The notes under the pieces were generated by a model. That model did not search any database, was not told the origin of the DNA, and saw nothing but the letters and a program-made list of their open reading frames with translations. From assembly GCA_009924135.1 (NCBI GenBank), contig RFSE01000011.1, positions 921-64,920 on the forward strand: DNA of 64,000 bases, in the 5' to 3' direction. This stretch comes from Pseudomonadota bacterium. Its GTDB lineage: Bacteria > Verrucomicrobiota > Verrucomicrobiia > Limisphaerales > SXTU01. The position numbers were made by a program, and so were the translations under genes. This document shows, piece by piece, positions 46,093-55,277 of the stretch. The first letter of the stretch is position 1. Every line of letters begins with the position of its first letter.

Positions 46093-48258
46093 TTACTTGG
46101 CGCGTGGGACGGCGACGATCTCCCCGTGACCGAGCTTGGCTTGCTGAACGGTGTAATCGGAGAGGACGTTCAACGTTTCGCGCAGGTACACATCGATGAT
46201 GGCCTTGCTCGCGTCGGTGTCGGGCGGTTCTTCGTCTTCTTCACCGGAAGGTTTGGCGGCCGGCTTCTTCTCGGCGGACTTGTCCTTCGGCTTGGGGGCC
46301 TGCACAGCGATGACCGGCAGGTTCTTGTCCACCGTCTCGGTCTTTACGAGAAACACCTTGTCACCCGCGGGCGGACGCGCGTCCTGCTCCTTCTTGCGGG
46401 CTTCGGTCCGCGCCTCGGCCTCCTTCTTCTCGCGAATCCGCTGGGCCTCGTTCAGGGAAATGGTTTTGTCAGCCTTCTGCTTCTTTACCAGTTCGATGTC
46501 CTCGCGGATGTAGGCGAAGTCCTTGTCCTTGGCGAGCCGGGCGGAGGAATTCTTGCGGAGTTCCTCCAGGCCGCCGTTGATGCGGTCGGCGCGCTGGTAT
46601 TTCGCCGCCGGGATGTTGTCGGCCTCCAGCACATTCGGCAGGAAGGCTTCACCGGTTTCCAAATAATCCAGCACGTTGGGCAGGATGACATCCGGCGTAA
46701 CCCCCTGCTTCTGGGTGGTGCCGCCGGCGATGCGGTAGAACTTGGAGATGGTGAACTTGAGCTGGCCGGGGTCCGACACCTGCCGCGTGCCCATGAACTG
46801 CGCCAGCGGATAAAGGGTCTGCACGGTGCCCTTGCCATGCGTGGACTGGTCACCAACGATCAAGGCACGCCCGTAGTCCTGCAACGCCGCCGCAACGATT
46901 TCCGAGGCGGACGCACTGTGGTGCCCCACCAGCACGATCAGCGGGCCGTCGTAGGCCACCCGCCCGTCCTCATCCTCGAGCACCTCGATCTGGCGCGGGT
47001 TCCGCACCTGGACGACCGGGCCTTTCTTGATGAACAGGCCTGTCAACTCGACGGCTTCGTTGAGCAGCCCGCCGCCATTGCGGCGCAGGTCCAGAATCAC
47101 CCCGTTCACCTTTTCCTTTTGGAGCCGGACGAGCAGCTTTCCGCAATCAGCGGCGCATTTCTGATAAAATTGAGGCAGGTCAATCACGCCCAGCCGCAGT
47201 TTCTTTCCGTCGGCGGTGACGTGATCGATGATGCGCGCAAAGGCATATTGTTCCGTCAACTTGATCTCATCGCGGATAATGCGGATTTCCTTGCGCTGGG
47301 AGGAGCTGACCGAGTCCGCCGGAATGATCGTCAGCCGTACTTCGGTGCCCTTCTGGCCGCGAATTTTGTCCACCACCTCGCTCAATTTCATCCCGACACA
47401 GTCCACCGGCTCGGCCGTGCCCTGCGCCACGGCGATGATCTTGTCGCCGGGCTTGAGTTGCTTGCCCAGTTCCGCCGGTCCGCCTGGGGTGAGGCTTACG
47501 ATCTTGGTGTAGTCGTCATCCTCGGGGTCCTGCCGGAGCAGCGCGCCGATGCCGTTGAGCTTGAGCTTCACGTTATGGATGTCGAAATTCTTGGCGTCCT
47601 CAGGAGCCATGTAATCCGAGTGCGGATCGAAGGCATGGCCCAAGGCCGAGAGGTAAGTCTGCAACACTTCGCTGGTATCGAACTGCTTCATGTTCTTCTG
47701 CAAACGGGCATACCGGCGGGTGATCTTTTCGACGGTCTTCTCCGGTTTTTCGTCCACCAGCTTGCCGTTCAACAGCTCGAATTTTACCCGCTGCCGCCAA
47801 AGCTCCTGCGATTCCTGTTCGTCCTTCGGCCAGGGCAGCTTGTTGCGTTGCGCGATAAACTTCTCCTCCTTGGTGAAATCGTGCTGGTCCTTCACCAGGG
47901 TTCCCACCCGTGCCACGCAGCCATCCAACCGCTTCAGATACCGTTCGAAAATCTCGTAAGCCGGCGCGGCGCTGCGGGCCTTGGTCTGATTTTCCAGGGT
48001 CTTGCCGTACTTCGCCGTGAACTCATCCACATCGGTCTGGAGGAACACCATGTGATTGAAATCCAGCGCGTCGAAATAATTCTTCAGATGCACCTCGGCG
48101 ACCTTCTCATCAAGGCGCGCGCGCTTGTAATGCCCCTGGTCGAGCAGATCACCTACCGCCTGCGCAATCCGGCCTGCCTGTTCCCGCGTAAACTCGACCC
48201 CAAGCGTTGCGCTCGTGATCAATGCCATTGCCAGGCTTGCAGAGAGGATTCGTTTCAT
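46093..48258 (-). CDS. prc: tail-specific (C-terminal processing) protease, S41 family
   Basis: 721 aa, collinear with Prc: RRYARLQKNM...DPHSDYMAP, a PDZ region, GHHSASASEIVAAALQDYGRALIVGDQSTHGKGTVQ, and FTISKFYRIAGGTTQKQGVTPDVILP. Confidence 0.95.
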   Translation of the reverse strand: MKRILSASLAMALITSATLGVEFTREQAGRIAQAVGDLLDQGHYKRARLDEKVAEVHLKNYFDALDFNHMVFLQTDVDEFTAKYGKTLENQTKARSAAPAYEIFERYLKRLDGCVARVGTLVKDQHDFTKEEKFIAQRNKLPWPKDEQESQELWRQRVKFELLNGKLVDEKPEKTVEKITRRYARLQKNMKQFDTSEVLQTYLSALGHAFDPHSDYMAPEDAKNFDIHNVKLKLNGIGALLRQDPEDDDYTKIVSLTPGGPAELGKQLKPGDKIIAVAQGTAEPVDCVGMKLSEVVDKIRGQKGTEVRLTIIPADSVSSSQRKEIRIIRDEIKLTEQYAFARIIDHVTADGKKLRLGVIDLPQFYQKCAADCGKLLVRLQKEKVNGVILDLRRNGGGLLNEAVELTGLFIKKGPVVQVRNPRQIEVLEDEDGRVAYDGPLIVLVGHHSASASEIVAAALQDYGRALIVGDQSTHGKGTVQTLYPLAQFMGTRQVSDPGQLKFTISKFYRIAGGTTQKQGVTPDVILPNVLDYLETGEAFLPNVLEADNIPAAKYQRADRINGGLEELRKNSSARLAKDKDFAYIREDIELVKKQKADKTISLNEAQRIREKKEAEARTEARKKEQDARPPAGDKVFLVKTETVDKNLPVIAVQAPKPKDKSAEKKPAAKPSGEEDEEPPDTDASKAIIDVYLRETLNVLSDYTVQQAKLGHGEIVAVPRAK

Positions 48259-48380
48259 ATGTGTTGCCGGAAACTTGCCCGAGAGCGGGGCGGAATCAAC
48301 CGGAAATCCGGCGGCTCCGACAGGCAGACGGTCTCGGGTATGGACTGGCCGGAAGAAGGATTGTTCAAAATGGCGTGTCG

Positions 48381-49502
48381 TCAGGGCGAAAAACCCGCCA
48401 CCTCGCGGTAAATCCGGGCGTAGTTTCGCACCATGGCCTCCATCGAGAAGTCGCGCATCACCCGCGCGCGGGCCCGCTGCCCCACAGCGGCCAGTTCCGC
48501 TGGATCAGCCAGCACGCGGTGTAGTTCTGCGGCCAGCAGCTCCACGGAATCCAGCGCAGCGAGAAACCCATCGCTCCCGCTCGTGATGACCTCCGCGTTG
48601 CCACAGGCGGTGTGGGCCAGGCACGGCACGCCACAGGCCATGGCTTCGAGCACGGCGTTCGACAAACCCTCGAAGATGGACGGCGCGGCGAGCAGGTCCA
48701 GCGCCTGATACCATGGGGTCGGGTTCGCCTGAAATCCGGCCAGATGGATGCGGTCGCGCACTGGACTGGCCAACGCGGCGGCGTGAATCTTTTCCTTCTC
48801 CGCCCCCTTGTCACCGACGATCACGAGCCGCGCACCGGGCAGTTGAGCCGCAACGCGGTTGAAGGCCTCAATGAGCAGCAGATGCTTCTTGTTCGGATCG
48901 AAGCGCCCGACGATGCCGATGTACTGGCCCTGCGCCGGCAAGCCAAGGTGCGTGCGAACTGCCGCCTTGTCCACCGGCTGAAACCGCCCCGTGTCCACGC
49001 CATTCAAAATGGCGGTGATCTTTTCCGCCGGGAACCCGTGCTCGATCAAGTAACGCCGCAAGGACTCGGAAACCGTATGGACCTTCCGGCAGGCGCGATA
49101 AAGCCGCTGCCGCTGGCGAAGCCGCGCCGGACCAGCCTGGTCGCCCTGAAAAACTCCGTGCTCGCCTTGCAAAACCGGCTTCCACATCCCCCAGCCGGAG
49201 CCGAGCGCGGCGTAGGTGAGCGGACCGAGGTTGTGCGGGTGCAGCAGGTGCGCTCCAATGCGCTGGGCGTGACGTGCGACGCCCAAGGCGGCCGGCACGG
49301 AAAAGCCGGGCGGTTTGTTGAGAACGACGACGTTCTCCGGGTGCGGCAGCCGTTCGACAAAGGCCCCGCCGCGTTCGAGACAGCAGACGTGGACCTCAAA
49401 TTCGTCCGGGGGCAGTCCGCGCGCCACGTTCACCACGCCATTTTCCATTCCGCCCGGTTCGAGCGAGAAGACGACGTGGAGGATTTTGAGCCGGCGCGAC
49501 AC
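48381..49502 (-). CDS. glycosyltransferase family 4
   Basis: GTG start. KILHVVFSLEPGGMENGV N-domain and a C-terminal GT1/GT4 fold with EGLSNAVLEAMACGVP. Confidence 0.85.
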   Translation of the reverse strand: MSRRLKILHVVFSLEPGGMENGVVNVARGLPPDEFEVHVCCLERGGAFVERLPHPENVVVLNKPPGFSVPAALGVARHAQRIGAHLLHPHNLGPLTYAALGSGWGMWKPVLQGEHGVFQGDQAGPARLRQRQRLYRACRKVHTVSESLRRYLIEHGFPAEKITAILNGVDTGRFQPVDKAAVRTHLGLPAQGQYIGIVGRFDPNKKHLLLIEAFNRVAAQLPGARLVIVGDKGAEKEKIHAAALASPVRDRIHLAGFQANPTPWYQALDLLAAPSIFEGLSNAVLEAMACGVPCLAHTACGNAEVITSGSDGFLAALDSVELLAAELHRVLADPAELAAVGQRARARVMRDFSMEAMVRNYARIYREVAGFSP

Positions 49503-49511
49503 GATGCCCCG

Positions 49512-50477
49512 TCAGGTCTTCACTTCGCCCCGGATGGCGTTAAGGGTGTAGCGAAGGAAGGATCGCAGGCGGAAGAGCGGTTTGTTGCCGTTCGCCGCCG
49601 GGTTCAGGAAAAACGGCCAGAGCAGCACGGAGATAAACAGATCACGGAACGCCCGCGCCGGCTGTTTGATGCCGTTGTAGATGAGCGAGGTCTGATAGCG
49701 CCAATAGCTGAAGACCTGGAGCCAGAAGCAAACGTCCGCCTTGGGCCAAACTTGGGCGGCGTACGATTTCTTGAGCACGGCCGCCATGTTGTTCTTCATG
49801 CGGTCGGCGTTGTTGCTCATGTTGTTGCCGTGCTTGCGGATTTGCACGAGCACCTTGCCCTGATGCCAGATGCGACGACGCGCGGCGATGCGGATCCACA
49901 TGTCGCGGTCCTCGGTGCTGCGCAGCGTCGTGTCAAAGCCGCCGCACTGGGTGAAGACTTCCTTGCGGGCGACGGCCCCCGTGGGCGAGAAGCGCGTACG
50001 CATGAGGATGTCCTTCACGGTGATTTCACGGGGCAGCACGGGTACGTGCACGGTGAAGGGCAGCGGTTTTTCGTCCACATCCACCAGCATGTCGTCGCAA
50101 GCCACCAGCGCATACTCCGTAGGCAACTTCGCAAAAGCGGCCATGCTGTCGCTCAGGTGGGTGGGCAGCAGCAAGTCATCGGCGTCAAGAAAGGCGACGA
50201 ACTCAAATTTTGCCTCGCGGATGCCGGTGTTGCGGGCGGCGGACAGGCCGGCGTTGGTTTGGTGAACGTAGCGGACGGGCGGACCGTAGTTCGCCATCAC
50301 CTCGCGGGTGTTGTCCTTGGAACCGTCATCAATCACCACGACTTCGAAGTTCGGATAGTCCTGTTTGAGACACGACTCGACAGCCGAAGGGAGGAAACGG
50401 GCGTAGTTGTAGGCGGGGATGACTACCGATACGCCGGGAGGCGTGGAAGCGGTGGCCGGATGCGGCGACTCACTCAT
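49512..50477 (-). CDS. glycosyltransferase family 2
   Basis: VSVVIPAYNYARFL, VIDDGSKDNT, FLDADD. Confidence 0.85.
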   Translation of the reverse strand: MSESPHPATASTPPGVSVVIPAYNYARFLPSAVESCLKQDYPNFEVVVIDDGSKDNTREVMANYGPPVRYVHQTNAGLSAARNTGIREAKFEFVAFLDADDLLLPTHLSDSMAAFAKLPTEYALVACDDMLVDVDEKPLPFTVHVPVLPREITVKDILMRTRFSPTGAVARKEVFTQCGGFDTTLRSTEDRDMWIRIAARRRIWHQGKVLVQIRKHGNNMSNNADRMKNNMAAVLKKSYAAQVWPKADVCFWLQVFSYWRYQTSLIYNGIKQPARAFRDLFISVLLWPFFLNPAANGNKPLFRLRSFLRYTLNAIRGEVKT

Positions 50478-50489
50478 GCGGGACAGGCT

Positions 50490-52874
50490 TCAACGGGGCT
50501 GGTTCTGATCCTTCGCTCGGGTGAGGGTCTGATACCGGTTGTAGTAATGGTTCGTGTAGTAGTAGTAGTGGAACCGGTTCATTGTCGCCATCAGGTCGAG
50601 GCGGTTGAGCACGAAGCCGTAGAAATTGGCGTGATTGTCGTTGAGGATGTCAATCGCCGTACGCACGGCACGGGTGGGCGTCTGGCCGGTCCAGATGACG
50701 AGGATGACACCGTCCATCGCCGGCTGCATGACGCTGGTCTCCGCCAGGCCCAGCACTGGCGTGGCATCCACGATGATGCGCTGGTAACGCTTGCGCAGCT
50801 TGTCGATGATGGCGATGAAATGCGGAGAACCCAGCTGTTCGATGTCGCCTTCCAACTGGTCGCCGCACGGCAGGATGTGCAGATTCTCCATCGTGGTCGG
50901 ACGGCAGGCATCTTCCACGTCGTATTTCTCGACGAGCACGTTGCTCAAACCCGGCGAGGAACGGCTGCCAAAGAGATGGTGCAGGATGCCGCGCCGGAGG
51001 TTGCCATCGATGATCAGGGTCTTCTCCCCCATGTGGGCAAAGGACATGGCGAGGTTTGAAGCCACCACCGTCTTGCCCTCTTTGGGTGAGGTGCTCGTGA
51101 CCATCACGACCTGCGGGAACTTCGAGGAAGCCGCACTGGACAGCAGATTGGTACGGATCACCCGGAAGTTTTCGATGAAATCGGGGTTGGCCACGCCATC
51201 GCTGAAGATGAGCGGATAGGCCTCGGCGATCTCGTCCTCGAAATCCGGCACCAGTCCGAGGCCACGCATGTTCGTGGTCTCTTCCATCTTCTCCATGTTC
51301 GTAACCGTCTGATCCATGAACTCGAGGAGGAAAGGTATGCCCAAGGAGAGGGCCAGGCCAATGCCGAGGGACATGAGGACGATTTTAAGCCGGTTGGGGG
51401 AAACGGGAATTTCGTCGCGGACGGTCGAAAAACCGATGAATTGCAGATCAACCCGCTGATGGTTGAGCGCCACCTCGAGCTTTTCCATCTCCGTTTTCAA
51501 CTCGGCAATTCGAGCCTGGTAGTCAATGCGGCTCTTGTCGGCCAGCATCCGTTCGCGGGTGTATTTCTCGTACTCCTTCTGCCGCTTTTCAATCGTGGGC
51601 AACTCCTCCTGCAAACGGCGGATTTCCTGCTGCAACCAACGGCCTTCAATTAAAAATTTCCCTCGCGAATCCATCGTCGCATCCTTCAGCTTGCGATCCA
51701 CGGCGGCAATCTGCGCGGCCAGCTCCTTCATCTTCTGGTGTCCCGGCCGGTAGGTGGCACTCAACTCCGTCCATTTGTTCTCCAGGGTGAACTTGGTCCG
51801 TTCCAGTTCACGCCAGTCGTCCATGCTGGCCCGCCCCCCTTGTTTAGGGAGCACCACCGTACCGTTGGAGGGCCGTTGAGCTTGCGGCAGGTTTTGTTTG
51901 GATTCCCGGTCAAATTCAACAAAGCCACCACCATCCCGGTAATCAATCGAGAAGTAGAAGTTCAGCCGTTCGAGTTCGGTGTATTCCGGGTGCTCGTTGA
52001 TCTTCCGATTGACATACTCCCAGCGTTCCAGCCGTTTCTTGTAATTTTCCAGCAACTTGGGAACGTCCCGTAATTGCTCCAGCTCATTTTTCAATTGTTC
52101 AGGGTTGACGCGCGCATTGTCCCGGTTCTCCTCCTCGATCTGCTTTTTCCAACGAGTCTCCCACTCCTCAATTTGTGGGATGTACTTGTTGGTCGTCGCC
52201 TCGTAGGCATACTCGGCTTTTTCGATGCGGTCCTTGAGGAACTCCTCCACCATGGCGGGAGGGAAGGTGCGCACCCACTCCGGTGAGTAGGCAAAGACCA
52301 TCGACTCAATGTTATGCTCTGAATCCCAGGTCGCCCGTGCTTGCTTCAGGGTGTCCTTCTTGGGCAGATCCACGGTCGTCATCGACCCAACCGGGCGGGT
52401 TTCGTCGTCAGGGGCAACCGGAGCCGGCTGACCGTTCTTGGCCCGTCTTTTCGCATCCTTGGCATCCTTGGCCTTGATTTTACGTTCCTTGTCGATCCGT
52501 TCCCGCAGCTCCCTCAGGGTCAACTTATCGGTGTCAAAATCAGCCACCAAGTTCGTCAATCCGCTCAACCGGACCACCGTCCGGGCCACGATATGCTCGG
52601 CCTCGAACTCCTTTAGAAACTTGTCGTCGGAAAAGCGGCGGGCATCGTCTCCCTTGAACGTGGTGTCCATGTCGGGCGTGGCGGACCCGATGGCCGTGTA
52701 GCGGATGCGGCTCTTGGAGGAATAAACCGGCCGGCTGAAGATGTAGAAGACCAGCCCTGCCGCCAGCGAGAGCGTCATGAGCAGGATGATCAGGCGCGCA
52801 TGTTTCGTGGCGATGGCGACATACATCACCACGTCCGTGAAATCTGCTTTGCGTTTTTGTGCGCCCGGAATCAT
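50490..52874 (-). CDS. polysaccharide co-polymerase / tyrosine autokinase (Wzc/GumC-like chain-length determinant)
   Basis: Has an N-terminal TM, a long coiled-coil periplasmic domain and a second TM. The kinase domain contains SPKEGKT (Walker A-like) and IIVDATPVLG. A C-terminal Tyr cluster reads HYYYYTNHYYNRY. Confidence 0.85.
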   Translation of the reverse strand: MIPGAQKRKADFTDVVMYVAIATKHARLIILLMTLSLAAGLVFYIFSRPVYSSKSRIRYTAIGSATPDMDTTFKGDDARRFSDDKFLKEFEAEHIVARTVVRLSGLTNLVADFDTDKLTLRELRERIDKERKIKAKDAKDAKRRAKNGQPAPVAPDDETRPVGSMTTVDLPKKDTLKQARATWDSEHNIESMVFAYSPEWVRTFPPAMVEEFLKDRIEKAEYAYEATTNKYIPQIEEWETRWKKQIEEENRDNARVNPEQLKNELEQLRDVPKLLENYKKRLERWEYVNRKINEHPEYTELERLNFYFSIDYRDGGGFVEFDRESKQNLPQAQRPSNGTVVLPKQGGRASMDDWRELERTKFTLENKWTELSATYRPGHQKMKELAAQIAAVDRKLKDATMDSRGKFLIEGRWLQQEIRRLQEELPTIEKRQKEYEKYTRERMLADKSRIDYQARIAELKTEMEKLEVALNHQRVDLQFIGFSTVRDEIPVSPNRLKIVLMSLGIGLALSLGIPFLLEFMDQTVTNMEKMEETTNMRGLGLVPDFEDEIAEAYPLIFSDGVANPDFIENFRVIRTNLLSSAASSKFPQVVMVTSTSPKEGKTVVASNLAMSFAHMGEKTLIIDGNLRRGILHHLFGSRSSPGLSNVLVEKYDVEDACRPTTMENLHILPCGDQLEGDIEQLGSPHFIAIIDKLRKRYQRIIVDATPVLGLAETSVMQPAMDGVILVIWTGQTPTRAVRTAIDILNDNHANFYGFVLNRLDLMATMNRFHYYYYTNHYYNRYQTLTRAKDQNQPR

Positions 52875-52903
52875 CGGTCAGTCATTCATGTCACCGGCAC
52901 AGC

Positions 52904-55162
52904 TCAGAAACTGAAGAAACTCTCAGGTACCACCACGATGTCCTTGCCCTGCAGGACAATGTCCGGAGCCAGGCCGCGCTGGATTTCCTTCACGTTGAGC
53001 GGCATCTGCATTTTCTCGCCGTTGCCCAGATCGCGGACCACGTAGCATTTCTTGAGGTTCGCGAAGCGGGAAAAACCACCGGCACGCAAGATGGCCGCAT
53101 AGGCAGTCAACGTCTCATCCTGGAACAAACGCAGGGTGCCGGGCTTCGTCACGTTGCCCGTGACGTAAACGACCGGTGCGAAGGCCGGGATCATGATGAT
53201 GTCCCCGGGGTTCAGCGCGATGTCCATCGGAGGGATGCTGCCGGACAGGATGGCGGCCACGTTGATTTCCTCGACCGCGCCCATGCCGTTGTCGATGCGC
53301 AGGAGTTTCGTACGCGTTAGATCGCCGGACGGGGTGATGCCGCCGGAACGAATGATCGTGGTGATTAGCGTGGGCGTGACGCCATCGGGGATCTTCAGCG
53401 GCCCCGGCGTAATAAACTCACCGGCGAGATAGATGATGGTGGCTTCCGTGGGCAACCGACCATCGTCGCGAGGATCCTGCCGCCGGTTCGGAGTGTCAGG
53501 TCCGAACTCCAACGTAACCGTGGCCTTCGTCAACTGGGTCTCTTCCAATTTCGCCTTGATGACCGCTTCAGCATCACCGATTTTCTTGCCGCCAACTACC
53601 ACGCGGCCCAAATTCTTGACGGTAATGGTGCCGTCCCGTTGCACCCGATAGATGGCATTATAGGAATCGTCTTCGGCGACGATGAGACGGACGGAGTCAC
53701 CAGGATTCACCGCGTCGGGATCGCCACCGGATACCGCGCCTTTCATCGCCGCAATCTTGCTCTCGGTCTCGGCCCCAATGCGATTAAGTTCCTCCGTGGC
53801 AACCTTGTAACGCGTGTCCAAGGCGGCGATTTCCTTCGTCCAGCGCTCCATGTCCTGCGGGTTCCCAACGCGACCAGCCGCATCCAGTTCACGACGGGCC
53901 AGGTTGGATTTTAGCTGCACCTCATCAATTTCACGGAGGATGATCTCGCGTTTTTCGGTAAGCTTGTCCAAATCCTTCTGGATGGCGGCGCTGTCCCCTC
54001 CGGAACGTCCCGTACGGAGGATGCCACCCTCGCCCACCATTGGTGCCGGCCGGGAACTGCCCACGGACAAAAACCGGGGCGGGCTTTTGCGATCCGTCGC
54101 CGCCGGTGCCGCCGGGTTCTGGTTGCCAGTGGACGCCATTGTCGCAGGCCGGTCCGGCATTGCGGGGGTCAAGCTGGCCACAACTCTGGTTTGGGTGAGC
54201 ATCTCTCGCGCGCGCCGCTCCTGCTCCGCACGATTCGCCTCGATTTCCTGCATCAGACGGGTGGAATCAGCATCCAGTTTGGTGATTTCGGTCCGGATGG
54301 TCTGCAGCCGGTCCCGGCTCTTGTTTTCCGCTTCCAGCCGCGCCAGTTCGGCTTTCGCGGCGTTGTAGCGAGCCTCCCAGTCGGCCGAGTCCTTGGAGAG
54401 GCGCTCGGCTTCGAGCTGCAATTCCGACTTGCGCCGCGTCATGTCATCCAGCGTGCGCCGCAGTTCCTCCGGGGCTCCAGCGAGGTTGACCGTCGGAGTA
54501 GTCGTGGAAATCCCGGTGGGCGGAATGGAGGCCGGAGCCATGACCGCCGCCGGCGGAGGCACGCTGCTCGCCCGCGAAGGCTCGAAAGCCGTTGTCGCGC
54601 TGCGCCGGGTGCTGAGGCTTTCCGTCATGCGGAACTCCTCGAGCTTGTTAAGCTCCGCCTGGGCGGCCCGCAGTTCAATCACGGCCGGCGGAAGATCGGC
54701 CGGCCGCGGTTCCTCGGCGGTCAGGGCCGGGACGGCCGGAATGGCAACCGGCGGGGGAGAAGCAACTACCGGAGCAGAAGGCGTGAAGGTGAGGCTTGCG
54801 GTCCCGGACGGGTTGAGGCCCGCAGCACTGTTGCTGGTCGCAAGTGTCATTGACCGGCTGCCGGCTTTGGGAGCGGTGAACGATTTGGCCGCAGCGGAAG
54901 GCGCTGGTTTCGGCGTGGGCGTGAACGGGGCGGCTGAAGGGGTTGAAACCGTCGTCGAATTTGCTCCGGACGGCGGCGTGAAAACTGAAGACGCGCTGGC
55001 CGGCGGCGACTCCGCACCGCCGGGCGGGGCGGAGAAAAAGGTCGAAACCGGCTCGCTGCCAGGCGATGGCGGCGCCGCCGGCTCGGCAGCGGCAGCCTGA
55101 CGGGTACCCGCCAGGAGCAGCAGCAGCAGGGCACACCCCACACGCACAAAGTGACTGGTCAT
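52904..55162 (-). CDS. polysaccharide export protein (Poly_export + SLBB, Wza-like) with a roughly 480-aa low-complexity/coiled-coil N-terminal extension
   Basis: Trimmed to ATG 55162 (MTSHFVRVGCALLLLLLAG). The C-terminal part has PGDSVRLIVAEDDSYNAIYRVQRDGTITVKNLGRVVVGG and SLBB-like repeats. The N-terminal half is Ala/Pro/Ser/Thr-rich followed by heptad-rich helices. Confidence 0.8.
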   Translation of the reverse strand: MTSHFVRVGCALLLLLLAGTRQAAAAEPAAPPSPGSEPVSTFFSAPPGGAESPPASASSVFTPPSGANSTTVSTPSAAPFTPTPKPAPSAAAKSFTAPKAGSRSMTLATSNSAAGLNPSGTASLTFTPSAPVVASPPPVAIPAVPALTAEEPRPADLPPAVIELRAAQAELNKLEEFRMTESLSTRRSATTAFEPSRASSVPPPAAVMAPASIPPTGISTTTPTVNLAGAPEELRRTLDDMTRRKSELQLEAERLSKDSADWEARYNAAKAELARLEAENKSRDRLQTIRTEITKLDADSTRLMQEIEANRAEQERRAREMLTQTRVVASLTPAMPDRPATMASTGNQNPAAPAATDRKSPPRFLSVGSSRPAPMVGEGGILRTGRSGGDSAAIQKDLDKLTEKREIILREIDEVQLKSNLARRELDAAGRVGNPQDMERWTKEIAALDTRYKVATEELNRIGAETESKIAAMKGAVSGGDPDAVNPGDSVRLIVAEDDSYNAIYRVQRDGTITVKNLGRVVVGGKKIGDAEAVIKAKLEETQLTKATVTLEFGPDTPNRRQDPRDDGRLPTEATIIYLAGEFITPGPLKIPDGVTPTLITTIIRSGGITPSGDLTRTKLLRIDNGMGAVEEINVAAILSGSIPPMDIALNPGDIIMIPAFAPVVYVTGNVTKPGTLRLFQDETLTAYAAILRAGGFSRFANLKKCYVVRDLGNGEKMQMPLNVKEIQRGLAPDIVLQGKDIVVVPESFFSF

Positions 55163-55277
55163 CGGTTTAGGCAGACTACGTTCTGCCGACATCAAATAGC
55201 TCAACCTCGTCTCAACTAGCGCCCTTTGATGCCACAGCACAAGTCCGGTATGCAAAAACATTCTTTGCGGTTGCAGG

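Noticed and set aside
46087-48411. A 774-aa plus-strand ORF covering the whole prc region.
   Set aside because: It is antisense to a gene with end-to-end Prc similarity. Its product is rich in Leu, Gly, Arg and Val, has no motif I recognise, and is typical of mirror-frame ORFs in high-GC DNA.
48612-51059. An 815-aa plus-strand ORF spanning GT4, GT2 and part of the Wzc-like gene.
   Set aside because: It is antisense to three genes with clear family motifs and crosses their intergenic gaps. Its composition is Arg/Gly/Val/His-rich with no domains.
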